Origin: an uncultured Acidobacteriota bacterium
Lineage (GTDB): Bacteria > Acidobacteriota > Blastocatellia > RBC074
Length of the DNA: 64,000 bases
Reading direction: 5' to 3'
Assembly (NCBI GenBank): GCA_963796275.1
Contig: CAWCKY010000006.1
Span: 800,001 to 864,000 of the forward strand
Position numbers and translations under genes: made by a program. Below are positions 11,655 through 21,961 of this stretch, one piece after another (the first letter of the stretch is position 1; each line of letters starts with the position of its first letter). The notes below the pieces were generated by a model, which was not told where the DNA came from, did not search any database, and saw nothing but the letters and a program-made list of their open reading frames with translations.

Positions 11655-12137
11655 TCACTTGTTCTTCATCTGTTTCATAAATTCATCATGGCGCTTCTTC
11701 ATCTCATCCGGCGCCACGTCCTCGATGTGAGTCGCGAAATGCCACCTGTGTCCGAATGGATCCTCCAATTGAGCGGAGCGGTCTCCGTAGAATTGATCTT
11801 CCACAGGCCTCATCACCGTCGCACCGGCAGTGACGGCCTTGTTGACAAAACCGTCGACGTCTTCGACGTAAATCATCATACTCACCGGCGTGCCGCCGAT
11901 CGACTGGGGGCTGAGATACCCATAATCCGGAAATTCATCGGCCAACATAATGATCGCTTCACCGATCTTGATCTCAGCGTGCCCTATCTTTCCGCCCGGC
12001 TCGCCCATGCGCATCAGCTCTTTGGCTCCAAATGCCTTTTGGTAAAAATCCAGAGCCTTCGCCGCGTCCTTCACGCACAAATATGGGGTAGCCCCTCGAT
12101 AACCATCCGGAATCGCCTTCGCTTTCGTTGCTGCCAT
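11655..12137 (-). CDS. VOC/glyoxalase family protein (PhnB-like)
   Basis: TPYLCVKDAAKALDFY..AFGA, HAEIKIG and DQFYGDR...DPFGHRW motifs. Confidence 0.92.
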   Translation of the reverse strand: MAATKAKAIPDGYRGATPYLCVKDAAKALDFYQKAFGAKELMRMGEPGGKIGHAEIKIGEAIIMLADEFPDYGYLSPQSIGGTPVSMMIYVEDVDGFVNKAVTAGATVMRPVEDQFYGDRSAQLEDPFGHRWHFATHIEDVAPDEMKKRHDEFMKQMKNK

Positions 12138-12326
12138 ATATAAATCCTCCTATTTTTTTGAATTTTTTGGTATATGCCGAAACCGGTCATCGTCAGTATT
12201 GACCTGCTCGACCACTTTCGGGAGGCGTTGTTGGGGAACATAATCTAGCTGGTTCATTGTTATTTAATCTAGCACGAGAAACAACGTGTTGCAATTGAAA
12301 CCGCGCTGAATGGTCAATGGAGGGGG

Positions 12327-12797
12327 TCACCAAGAGCCGAGCAGTCTCTGAACTGCGACGAGTTGGCCGATATGGTAGGCGTTATGATCGGCGACCAGCA
12401 GCAATTCGCGCAGATATGTTTGTCCGTCGCCGTGCGGGATTGCGGCGAAGAGGTCAATTTCGGGGTCTGCTGCAATTTTTTTCAGAGCCTCACGGTCCGC
12501 GAGAAAAGCGCTGATGCTCTCATCCCAGGCGGTGGAGTTGGGCGGACCGATGGTTTTCGGCCAGTAGTCTTCCATAGGCGGTTCTTGGTATGCGGGGTTA
12601 CGGCAGAACTCGAGAATGTCGAGTTGGCAGCGGCGCATATGTTCGAGGAGCTGCCACGGAGAATGGGGCAATCCGACAGGCTGGACGCCGCGCAGTTCGG
12701 GAGTTATCCCGTCTACCGCAGCATCGAACCCCACGTGAGCGCTCTGCCAGTCGAGCATGTTCATTAAATGCTCGCGAAGGACGTCATTCTGTTTCAT
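12327..12797 (-). CDS. DinB family protein
   Basis: HSPWQLLEH and ADHNAYHIGQ His motifs. Confidence 0.9.
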   Translation of the reverse strand: MKQNDVLREHLMNMLDWQSAHVGFDAAVDGITPELRGVQPVGLPHSPWQLLEHMRRCQLDILEFCRNPAYQEPPMEDYWPKTIGPPNSTAWDESISAFLADREALKKIAADPEIDLFAAIPHGDGQTYLRELLLVADHNAYHIGQLVAVQRLLGSW

Positions 12798-12834
12798 GTG
12801 ACTCTCCCTTGGTCTCTACTGTTAATGATTTATC

Positions 12835-13389
12835 TCACGCTTCGACCTGCCAGAAGTGGGGATAATGGGTTACGAATCCCGTCTCATTCACCTCAAGATC
12901 GGCGAAGAAACTGCCGCCTGCGCTTTCATATCGATAGACTGCGACCTCGGAGCGGCGGTAGCGTTGATTGAGCGGTTCGAGAGTGAAGCCGGGGAAGCGC
13001 AGCCAGGCAGCCTCGGCCTTCGCCTCGTCACCGATGTTGAGATTGAGGCGGCGGATCGGAAGCAGGTTGGTAGATGGGCTGAAGTTCAGATCGAGATCGA
13101 TGCATCCGCTAACTGCGGGGCAGTCGACTCCATTGAGCAGCCACCGGTGAGAGGAATCGACCGAGATTTCGAGCTCGATCGTATCGCCACCGACCCAGCC
13201 TGAAATTCTGCCGAAAAACGTTTGCCAACTAGAATTGCACACCACTAGATAATCGAGTCGGCACGGTTGATGATCGTGTGAAAATACGGATGACCCGACC
13301 AGATGCCAGTGTGGGCCCTGCAGGAACAACCGGGCTGATTCGTGGCCCGGTTTATCGAGTCTACGCCAAAGTATCGAATGATCTGTCAC
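12835..13389 (-). CDS. Putative glycolipid-binding domain protein
   Basis: WRRLD.PG.E, DLDLNFSPSTNLLPIRRL and GFVTHYPHFW. Confidence 0.85.
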   Translation of the reverse strand: MTDHSILWRRLDKPGHESARLFLQGPHWHLVGSSVFSHDHQPCRLDYLVVCNSSWQTFFGRISGWVGGDTIELEISVDSSHRWLLNGVDCPAVSGCIDLDLNFSPSTNLLPIRRLNLNIGDEAKAEAAWLRFPGFTLEPLNQRYRRSEVAVYRYESAGGSFFADLEVNETGFVTHYPHFWQVEA

Positions 13390-13714
13390 AGTTCCTCCTC
13401 AATAAATTAGCCTCCAGTTTCCCGTATCGCCGCCGATAACAGAAAACTGGGTGCTATTTCTATCGTTTTATAAAATCGATTGAATTTATCAGGAGGAGAC
13501 CGACTACAGTCTGACCCAACTTAACTTGTTCAACAAGCCGCGACTTGGGAATACACCGAAAACGCGAAAGGCAAAAGAACTAAATTCGCGAAGTAGGAAG
13601 ACGGTCGCGCCTCTCCTGTTAGTCTTCCGCCTTCCGCGTTTTTGCGCATTTACTAGACTTGAAGTCGTTATTGTCGGCAAAGAAATATGATTGGAGGGGT
13701 TGGAGGTTTTGGTT

Positions 13715-13903
13715 CTATCCTTCTTCGCCTTCTTCTTCCGCTACTGCTTCCACTTCGACGCTCACATCTTCGTTGGGATCGGTGGCGTCATCGGCTGACT
13801 CCGACATAGCGGATACAACTTGGACCTCTTCATTGAGAACCTGTACAGCAGCAATAGCATCGGTATCCTGTACTTCGGTCACTTGGATTTCATCATTCGT
13901 CAT
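13715..13903 (-). CDS. Small, highly acidic hypothetical protein (62 aa)
   Basis: Strong RBS (AAAGGAG) and an upstream sigma-70-like promoter; 20 of 62 residues are D/E and none is K, R or H. Confidence 0.7.
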   Translation of the reverse strand: MTNDEIQVTEVQDTDAIAAVQVLNEEVQVVSAMSESADDATDPNEDVSVEVEAVAEEEGEEG

Positions 13904-13995
13904 ATTTTTATCTCCTTTTATTCATTTTGTTGATTGTTGACGTTTATCAGCCGACATTTAGTATCTGCCGGTTGATAGGGAGGGTAAGCAACGAC

Positions 13996-14024
13996 AATGT
14001 AAACATTCGAGTGATATAGGTCAA
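13996..14024 (-). promoter_or_regulatory. Sigma-70-like promoter for the acidic peptide gene
   Basis: Minus strand TTGACC-N17-TACATT. Confidence 0.55.
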
Positions 14025-14189
14025 TTCAATTTTTCGTTAATATCAAAAAAAGATAAAAAAAGATCGAAAGAATTTTCATGTGTGATGAGGTGAGGCATTG
14101 ACTCGACCGAAGAGATTGATCACACTTCTTCTCGAACATTGCGTCCCTACTTCATTTTTCTATATTCCAACGCTTTTAATCGGTTGATT

Positions 14190-15014
14190 ATGATTCCTAC
14201 CTCACAGTCTCAGGTGAAGCTTTGGCTACGCCGGCTATTTTACCGCGTCCGTTACGAAATCTATGGGGTCAATCATATTCCCCGGCGTGGGCCGGCAATC
14301 ATCATCATGAATCATACCGGATGGGAGGAGATTCTATTCACGGTCCTGGCAATACCGCGGCCTCTGAAAATCGTGGGGATGCGCGAATTAATCTATCTCG
14401 ACGAGGCTGCCGGCATCGCGCGCATATTCGATACCGGCTACGCGAAGGAATTTGGACCTCTGCGCCGATTTCTCACGATCTTATTGGGCAAATTATTGGG
14501 CCGCGCCATCAGGCGCCGGTTCCTGGGTTTAGGTTATATACCCACGAAAATATTCACTGATGCATGGCCGCCAACTCTCGGATGTAATGGAATACGTGAG
14601 GTATTGCGGGCGCTGGAGGCAGGGAACCTGGTATTATTTTTCCCCGAAGGAGGGTATAAGCGTGATGGAGTAATGCGGCCGTTCAAGCTGGGACTCGCTC
14701 TCATCCTTCGACTCCTCGAACGCCGCGGTATTCAGGTACCGATCATACCCGCTGCCCAGCATACCGCCGATAGCATCTCGTTCAAGTTGAAAAATCGGTA
14801 TATACCGCGCCTCTTCTTCGGGAGCCCGATGGTATTTGGCGTTGACGGTGGGTTATCGCGCGAATACGACGAAGATATTGTCGAAGCGCTTCAGGAGGAA
14901 GTGAACATCCTGCTCGCGCTGGCCTGGCCTGATCATCCACCTCAGACTTACAGCGAATTTACGGGACGATCAATACCGCGAGCGGTTGCGGGCGAGTCTT
15001 CTCGAATCAGATGA
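14190..15014 (+). CDS. PlsC-like lysophospholipid acyltransferase family protein
   Basis: NHTGWEE (block I variant), FFPEGG and VPIIP motifs. Confidence 0.8.
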   Translation: MIPTSQSQVKLWLRRLFYRVRYEIYGVNHIPRRGPAIIIMNHTGWEEILFTVLAIPRPLKIVGMRELIYLDEAAGIARIFDTGYAKEFGPLRRFLTILLGKLLGRAIRRRFLGLGYIPTKIFTDAWPPTLGCNGIREVLRALEAGNLVLFFPEGGYKRDGVMRPFKLGLALILRLLERRGIQVPIIPAAQHTADSISFKLKNRYIPRLFFGSPMVFGVDGGLSREYDEDIVEALQEEVNILLALAWPDHPPQTYSEFTGRSIPRAVAGESSRIR

Positions 15015-15047
15015 ATTCGTCAGCTGCAACTTGCGCCGAAAACCATA

Positions 15048-15791
15048 TCAAGGCAGCTCACGGATCCTGATATTTTTGAACTCTACTGGAGATCCTTCCG
15101 ATTCCAAGCACATATATCCCTTCCGCGGGTCGCCGCCGTTTCCTCCCGACACCTCTTCGCCGTTGACCCATAGCCGCAGCTCGCCATTGATTGCCCGGAC
15201 ATAATAATGGTTCCATTCACCGACGCCTTTGCTGAGCTGTTTTCGGGGGAAACTGCGCGAGCCGTTCGGAGATGTCGGTGAAAAGGGGATCAATTTCGAA
15301 TTACCCACCGCGAAAATATCGCCGTTCGTCGTGAACCAGTCGCCTTTCTTTCCGTTTCGCTTCTCATACTGCTCGGCAAAGCCGTGGTCGAGGGCCTGCA
15401 CTTCAATACCATACTGCGGTAGCGCATCGGGTTTCAGGTCCTTGAGCGCCTCTTCCGGCACCCAGACGAAGACGCCCGAATTGCCGGCAGATCGCAGATG
15501 CCTCCATTGGAGAACGAGCTCGAAGTTGGTATATATGGCCCGGCTGCGCATCACCCCGATCGGCTTCCCGGTACAACTCACCAGATCATCCTTCCAGGTC
15601 CAGGTTTCCGGAAAGCAGTTTACGTTGGTGAAGTCCTTTTCACCGAGAGCCCTCCAACCCGGACCTGTCCCGTCCACGAACGCTTTCGGCGGATTTTGCG
15701 TATCCTGGGGAAGGGCGGATCGGTAAGCAAGTACAGCGATGAGTGAAATTCCAATGAGACTCATTACCCGTGCAAAAGAGAATCGGTTCAT
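15048..15791 (-). CDS. DUF1080 / 3-keto-glycoside hydrolase family secreted protein
   Basis: NFEL..QW, GNSGVF, IEVQ, GEWNHY and LESEG...EFKNIRIREL motifs; signal peptide. Confidence 0.88.
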   Translation of the reverse strand: MNRFSFARVMSLIGISLIAVLAYRSALPQDTQNPPKAFVDGTGPGWRALGEKDFTNVNCFPETWTWKDDLVSCTGKPIGVMRSRAIYTNFELVLQWRHLRSAGNSGVFVWVPEEALKDLKPDALPQYGIEVQALDHGFAEQYEKRNGKKGDWFTTNGDIFAVGNSKLIPFSPTSPNGSRSFPRKQLSKGVGEWNHYYVRAINGELRLWVNGEEVSGGNGGDPRKGYMCLESEGSPVEFKNIRIRELP

Positions 15792-15810
15792 TTTGATCAC
15801 CTCAGAAAAT

Positions 15811-15952
15811 AGTTTTCAGTTTTCAGTTTTTAGTTTTCAGTCGGAGGGCCAGATTATCCATTGAACCTGAAAACTGAAAACTTGGGAACTTGGGAACTTG
15901 GGAACCTGGGAACCTGGGAACCTGGAACCTGGAACCTGAAAACTGAAAACTG
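15811..15952. repeat. Mixed 7-mer/8-mer tandem repeats with inverted arms
   Basis: (TTTTCAG)n ... CTGAAAA, (C[T/C]TGGGAA)n, (CCTGGAA)n, CTGAAAA directly after the gnd stop. Confidence 0.85.
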
Positions 15953-15954
15953 TT

Positions 15955-17401
15955 TTACCCCGCCAGTTCCTCCCACTCGGTATGAACGAATCCGAGTTCA
16001 GGTTTATCGATCCTTTCATAGGTGTGCGAGCCGAAGAAATCGCGCTGCGCCTGCGTCAGGTTCAGCGGCATATTGGCGGCGCGATAGGTATCGAAATACG
16101 CCAGGCTCGCGGACATCGCGGCGGACCGGAATACCGAGCGACTGCGCGGTGGTGACGGCCTGCCGCCAGCGCGGCTGCGCTTCGAGAACCCAGGTCTTTG
16201 AAGTCCGGATCAAGCAGCAGGTTCGGCAGATCCGAACGCCGCTGGTATGCCTGTTTGATCTTGTCCAGGAATTGCGCGCGGATAATGCAGCCGCCTTTCC
16301 AGATGCGGCTCACCTCGCCCAGATTGATGTTCCAGTTGTACTCTTCCGAGCCTGCGCGGATCAGATTCATCCCCTGCGCGTACGAACAAATTTTGCTGGC
16401 GTAGAGCGCATCGTGAACGGCGTCGATCATTTCCTCCCGCTTGTCCGCCGTAACTTGCCGCCTGTGGCCCGCTCAGCTGCTTGCTCGCCTCGACGCGCTC
16501 GGCCTTGAGCGATGAGAGAACTCGCGCATCAATCGCCGCTTGCATCGTCGGGATCACGACGCCGAGGTCCAGCGCGACCTGCGAGGTCCACTTGCCCGTG
16601 CCCTTCTGCCCGGCTTTGTCGAGCACAGGTCAACCAGCGGGCGGCCGGTCTCGGCGTCTTTCACGGTGAAGATCTTGGCGGTGATTTCGATCAGAAATGA
16701 GTTGAGAGCGCCTTCATTCCAGCTGGCGAAGATGTCGGCCAGCTCCGATGCGCTGCAGACCGAGCGCCTGTCGCAGGATGTCGTAAGCTTCGGCGATCAA
16801 TTGCATATCGCCGTACTCGATGCCGTTGTGGACCATCTTGACGAAGTGGCCCGCGCCGTCGGGTCCGATGTAGGTGACACAAGGGCCGTCGTCGACCTTT
16901 GCGGCGATCGCTTCCCAGATCGGGCGAATCTGTTCGTAAGCCGCCGGATCGCCGCCCGGCATCAGCGAGGGCCCCCAGAGCGCGCCGGCTTCGCCGCCCG
17001 AAACGCCGGAGCCGATGAAGCTGAGGCCGCGACTCCTTGAGCTCTTTCTCGCGCCGCTGAGTATCCTGGAAAAATGAATTGCCGCCATCGATGATGATGT
17101 CGCCGGGGTTGAGCAACGGCTTGAGTTGGGCGATTACATCATCAACCGGCTTTCCCGCTTTGACGAGCAGGATGATTTTGCGCGGCGTTTCGAGCGAGTT
17201 GACGAACTCTTCAATCGAATACGCGCCGATGACCTGATGGCCTTCGGCGCGCTTAAGAAACTTGTCTACTTTCTTGGTGTCGCGGTTGAAGACGGCGATC
17301 GGGAAACCGTTGCGCGCAATATTGAGCGCGAGATTTTCGCCCATCACTGCCAGTCCTACCATACCGATCTTTGCCGTCTTCGCTCCGGTCTTAGCTTGCA
17401 T
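15955..17401 (-). pseudogene. gnd: NADP-dependent 6-phosphogluconate dehydrogenase with multiple frameshifts (pseudogene or sequencing errors)
   Basis: [51 protein letters not shown] and [14 protein letters not shown] occur in order but in different reading frames. Confidence 0.93.
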
Positions 17402-17421
17402 ACTTAATAACTCCCTCCTAA

Positions 17422-17650
17422 TTGAAGCCCCAACGGGGCACAAGATAATAGCCAGGGTGAAGCGAAGCCTAACCCCCTGGACGAGATCATCAACCTCAAA
17501 ACGAGCCCTGGAAGGTCGTAATAATAGGTCGTAATAATAACGACTCTCACGTCTTTCAAGGCATGACTATTCATTTGACACTAACCAGGGGCTGCGCTTC
17601 GCTCCACCGCTCCACCCCTGGCTATTCACTGACGCCCTTCAGGGCTTCAA
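17422..17650. repeat. MITE/REP-like palindromic element of about 230 bp
   Basis: Terminal IR TTGAAGCCC/GGGCTTCAA, inner IR AATAGCCAGGG/CCCTGGCTATT, and an internal 13-bp tandem duplication AGGTCGTAATAAT. Confidence 0.7.
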
Positions 17651-17671
17651 GGAACTTTTTACGACACTCGC

Positions 17672-19390
17672 TTACTCGATGATCTTGCCGCTGCTGCCTT
17701 TGCCGACGCGCGGCCCGCGGTTGTCGCGCCCCAGCGGATGATCGAGATTGGCTACTCTGCGTCCGGTTTCGAAAACGAGCTGCCCGATACGAGCCATCTT
17801 CTCATAGTTGATCTTCTCGACGCTGTCGGTGTTGTGGTGATAATCACCGTGCAAACCGGTGGTGAAGAATACGATCGGGATCCCCTTGGCCGCATAGCTG
17901 TAATGATCGCTGCGGTAGTAGACCTGCTCCGGATCGGTCGGATCGTTCAACTCGAAATCGAGTTTGAGCGGACTCCCCAGGCTCGCGTTGGCCTCCATCG
18001 TGACGTTGTGTAATTCTGTGCTGATGCGATCGGAGCCGACCAGATAGACCGAATTCGCCTCTTCCGCTTTGTCATCGCGATTGCGTCCGACCATATCCAT
18101 ATTGAGATTGGCTATGATCCGGTCAAGGGGCTGGGAAGAATAATCGGCGTGATAGCGCGAGCCCCAGAGCCCGCGTTCTTCACCCGCGAACCAGAGGAAC
18201 ATCAACGATCGTTTCGGCTTTGGCCCTCTGGCGAAGGCTTTGGCGACCCCGAGCAGTGCGACAGTACCCGAACCGTCGTCATCCGCCCCGTTCCAGATGC
18301 GGTCATCCATCGCCCCGGATTTGACGCGCCCGACCGCGCCTTGACGCTGCGGCCCATTTTCGTTCTGCGCGATTTCACCCTCGGCATAGCCCACGTGATC
18401 GTAATGCGCGCCGAAAGTCACATAAGTTTCCTTCAGCCTCGGGTCGGCGCCTTCGATTACGCCGACGACATTGCGCGTGAACTGCGTGCGGACCACCTGA
18501 TAATCGGCATTTAGATTGAAAGTGAGCTTCACGCCTTTGAGGGTGAAGGAGGGAAGGGGTTCCCGTTTTGCGGCCTTATCTTTCAGCTCCGCGTATTTGA
18601 CCGCGGCGCCGCTAAAAAGCAATTCGAACAACTCATCGTTAGCCGATACCATCGGCGGCAGCGGATTGTCGAGCCGTTGCACGGTCGTGAAGTCTCCGGG
18701 ATCGACGCCGCGTCCGCCCTGACCGCGGCTTCCTCCACCCCCTCCACCCCCTCCACCCTGACGATCGCCGGCCGGGACGATGGGACCGATGCTGGCTAGA
18801 GCATGTTGCTGGTCGGTGGCAAAGCGGCCTCGCCCGCGAAGCGAGCGCTGCATTTGCGGACCCAGCCCTTTCGGCCCGGCGCCGCCGAGGTAGACGACTG
18901 CTTTGCCCTTCACATCTATACCGGCGTAATCATTGTGATTGGCGAGCGGCGCATTGAGACCGTAGCCGAGAAATTCGACTTGCTCGATTGTGAAACTTCG
19001 CTTGCCTCCCACATTTTTCGGAAAAACGATGCCCTCGGTATCTTTAAATGTCCGCGTCTGGCCATTGACTTCGATGGTGAGGGTAGAGTGATTTGTACTC
19101 TTGACGCCCAGGACTCGCACGCGCTGAAAGTATGATCCGTTATCGCCCCCTGGTTTGACGCCCCACGAACGCAGTTGCTCGGCCAGATAGGCGGCAGCCA
19201 GCCCCAAACCTTCAGTGAACGTGGCGCGCCCTTCGAGTTCATCAGATGCCAGATATGCCAGCCACGTCCGCAGGTCTTCTTCCTGAATGATGAGTTTTCC
19301 GTTTTTGCGGTTCTGCCCCGGAACTATGCTGAGCGCCAGACTTAGTGCGAGCAACACCGCCGGCAGTCTTGTCAGACGACGAGAGAGCAT
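17672..19390 (-). CDS. M28 family aminopeptidase with PA-like insert, secreted
   Basis: GAHYDH, NGADDDGSG, AGEERGLWGS, NMDMVGR, RSDH and DYH motifs. Confidence 0.93.
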   Translation of the reverse strand: MLSRRLTRLPAVLLALSLALSIVPGQNRKNGKLIIQEEDLRTWLAYLASDELEGRATFTEGLGLAAAYLAEQLRSWGVKPGGDNGSYFQRVRVLGVKSTNHSTLTIEVNGQTRTFKDTEGIVFPKNVGGKRSFTIEQVEFLGYGLNAPLANHNDYAGIDVKGKAVVYLGGAGPKGLGPQMQRSLRGRGRFATDQQHALASIGPIVPAGDRQGGGGGGGGGSRGQGGRGVDPGDFTTVQRLDNPLPPMVSANDELFELLFSGAAVKYAELKDKAAKREPLPSFTLKGVKLTFNLNADYQVVRTQFTRNVVGVIEGADPRLKETYVTFGAHYDHVGYAEGEIAQNENGPQRQGAVGRVKSGAMDDRIWNGADDDGSGTVALLGVAKAFARGPKPKRSLMFLWFAGEERGLWGSRYHADYSSQPLDRIIANLNMDMVGRNRDDKAEEANSVYLVGSDRISTELHNVTMEANASLGSPLKLDFELNDPTDPEQVYYRSDHYSYAAKGIPIVFFTTGLHGDYHHNTDSVEKINYEKMARIGQLVFETGRRVANLDHPLGRDNRGPRVGKGSSGKIIE

Positions 19391-19793
19391 AATGATAACC
19401 TCCTGATGAGTGATTGCATCGTAACGATTTTTCGTCCGCTATTGGGAATCACCAATCCCGTAATCGGACGAATATTTCAGATGGGCTGGAATATTGACAT
19501 ACCAAGTCCATTATTTCCACTATTTAATTTCCTGATTTCCAGGCACGCGATTTGGTTAAACTTTTTTGTGAGTACAAGCGTTGGCCATACTTACAGAGGA
19601 TGAGGCGTAATGCAAACTGCAAACATTGATGCAAGACCTATGCTCGATCCTGCGCTGGCGGCGACCTGTGCTCGGGCAGGCTGCCGGTCGATCGAGGATC
19701 CGGTCGCTTACGCACCCGTACTGCATCGACTAAGTTGCGCCTCAAACAAGCGGTAAATTAGCGACAAATGAAGACAACCCCGGAGGAACGGCT

Positions 19794-20816
19794 ATGAAAC
19801 TAATCGCGCTATTCATTCTTATCTGCGTGGGAACCGCAGCGCTGAGCATTGCATTTTCTGGTCGGGATCGCGGCGAAACAGCACAAACTTCCGTACAGGG
19901 AGATATTAAAAAGACTTTTCCGGCGCAACCTGGGGGCAGACTGGTCATGGATGTATCGCCGGGACCGATCGAAGTGAAGACCACCGGCGACTCTCAGATT
20001 GTGGTGGAAATTTTTCGTAAGGCCGAAAGAGTAGACGGATCACGGGCGGATGAGCTGCTGCGCAATCACGAGGTCACCTTTGAGCATCTGGATAACAACC
20101 TCACCATTCGCGCGAAACTCAGGAACGAAGGATTGAAATTCTGGCGCCGTTCCGGCCTCAAAGTACGTTATGTGGTCACGATACCGTCAGAATTCAATGT
20201 CGATCTCAAAACTTCCGGTGGTGGTATCAACGTTGGTGATTTACGCGGCGAGGTACGTGTGAATACGTCGGGCGGAGGACTGCAGATCGGCAAGATAGAA
20301 GGGCCGGTCACGGGAAATACATCGGGAGGGGGCATAAGCCTGGCCGGTTGTAATGGTAAGGCTGAAATCAGGACCTCCGGCGGGGGAATAAACATCGGAT
20401 CCGGCGCCGGTTCAATTACGGCCGATACATCGGGCGGCTCAATCGAAATCGGCAGTTACATCGGCGATATTTATTTCAGAACCAGCGGCGGAGGTATTTC
20501 AGCGGAGAGCGTCGAGGGCTCGATCGATGCTTCGACTTCGGGTGGTCCCGTCAACGTGGCCATTAAAGGCCAGCCGAAGAAAGATTGCCGCCTCTCCTCT
20601 TCCGGCGGAGGAATTACGGTGGAGCTGGAGGAGAGCACGGCACTTAATATCGACGCGGAAGCGAGCGGAGGCGGAGTTACCTGTGATTTGCCGGTTACCG
20701 TTCAAGGGAAGATAGATAAGGGTAGACTGAAAGGCACGCTCAATGGCGGAGGGCAGGCGCTGGTCGTGCAAACGAGCGGCGGCAGCATCCATCTGCGTAA
20801 GCTAAGGGAACAGTAG
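19794..20816 (+). CDS. DUF4097 family beta-strand-repeat (adhesin-like) protein
   Basis: Repeated TSGGGI motifs and a signal peptide. Confidence 0.88.
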   Translation: MKLIALFILICVGTAALSIAFSGRDRGETAQTSVQGDIKKTFPAQPGGRLVMDVSPGPIEVKTTGDSQIVVEIFRKAERVDGSRADELLRNHEVTFEHLDNNLTIRAKLRNEGLKFWRRSGLKVRYVVTIPSEFNVDLKTSGGGINVGDLRGEVRVNTSGGGLQIGKIEGPVTGNTSGGGISLAGCNGKAEIRTSGGGINIGSGAGSITADTSGGSIEIGSYIGDIYFRTSGGGISAESVEGSIDASTSGGPVNVAIKGQPKKDCRLSSSGGGITVELEESTALNIDAEASGGGVTCDLPVTVQGKIDKGRLKGTLNGGGQALVVQTSGGSIHLRKLREQ

Positions 20817-20938
20817 AGATGATGACCAGGATTTACAAGGTTTTTCAAGAATCGGAGCCTGTTACCTGCCGGCTCGTCGGGCAGCACAAGTTGATCCGAT
20901 GGTGGCGCTGAAATGTGAGTAGCGGACAAAGCTGCGGC

Positions 20939-21691
20939 TCACCGGATCTCCTTGAAACAGTAGTTCGATGACCCGTTATCCTTCGGATATCCGAACGCGT
21001 TATGCACATACCGGACGCCATCGATTATCCGATCAAAATTAATATGACTGTGACCGAAGACGTGGATCTCGGATTTCAGCATCCTGACCTGGTCGTCGAT
21101 TGCGACCGATCCTGCCACCAGTGGAAGCCCCTTGAACTTAAGGTACGACACCGGAGGAAGCAGGTCGCGATGCGGTAGAAAATGAGAGAGAGTTATCACC
21201 GGAGCGTCGTAGGCCCTGATGTTCGGTTCATTGAGCTGTAAGAAGTAGTCTGAAACCGATTCTATCTCCGGCGGCCATTTACAAAAATAAAAATCGGACC
21301 ATCCTTCGAGCTCCGAAGCATCGGCGCTGTTGTCTGCGTCATACCCGGGCTCATACCAGGAGAACAACGGCACAATCCAGGTTTGACCGGCTCTCGCAGG
21401 ACGCGTGTATATTCCCAAGTCATCGCACAAGGACAGGACCTGCCGAAATTTTTCCAGAGAATCGCCGCTACTATTACGAACCCACAATTCGTGGTTTCCG
21501 GGGACGTAAAATACTTTGTTGAAATTTGCTCGCAACAGGCGAAGCGTTTTCTCGATTACCTTGAGATCATCGGCGATGTCACCGCCAACGATGATCGTAT
21601 CGTGTAAATTGTCGTGAGACGACATCTGCTGCAGTGCGCGCCAGTTATTGGTGAAATCAGTGTGTAAATCCGAGACGGCGAAAATGCGCAT
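20939..21691 (-). CDS. Calcineurin-like metallophosphoesterase
   Basis: SDLH, GGD, PGNHE, SHF and FGHSH motifs. Confidence 0.92.
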   Translation of the reverse strand: MRIFAVSDLHTDFTNNWRALQQMSSHDNLHDTIIVGGDIADDLKVIEKTLRLLRANFNKVFYVPGNHELWVRNSSGDSLEKFRQVLSLCDDLGIYTRPARAGQTWIVPLFSWYEPGYDADNSADASELEGWSDFYFCKWPPEIESVSDYFLQLNEPNIRAYDAPVITLSHFLPHRDLLPPVSYLKFKGLPLVAGSVAIDDQVRMLKSEIHVFGHSHINFDRIIDGVRYVHNAFGYPKDNGSSNYCFKEIR

Positions 21692-21961
21692 GTTGACCTC
21701 AGAAATTGGTCCGATATCTTTACCTTCCCCTATATTCTTTATCTTAAGATAAACTTCGAAGATTCTGATTGAAGGTAGATCGAACAATTACAACGGGTGC
21801 CTCGTATATGGGGGAAATTAGATAGATTTGTCAAAATGAAGGCGTTGGCGCCGGGAATATTTGATCGCCTGCCCTTCAGTCATAGAAGTCGTACAGCGAT
21901 GCCATGAAACTATGACACCTACCAGTAGCGCAAGCGCTTCTGATGTTGCCGAGGAGACTAT

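Noticed and set aside
13715-13903. RiPP precursor
   Set aside because: There are no adjacent modifying enzymes, peptidase or exporter and no recognisable leader motif; it is kept only as an acidic peptide of unknown function.
15861-16508. 215-aa + strand ORF with repetitive N-terminus
   Set aside because: It is composed of tandem-repeat translation plus the antisense of gnd.
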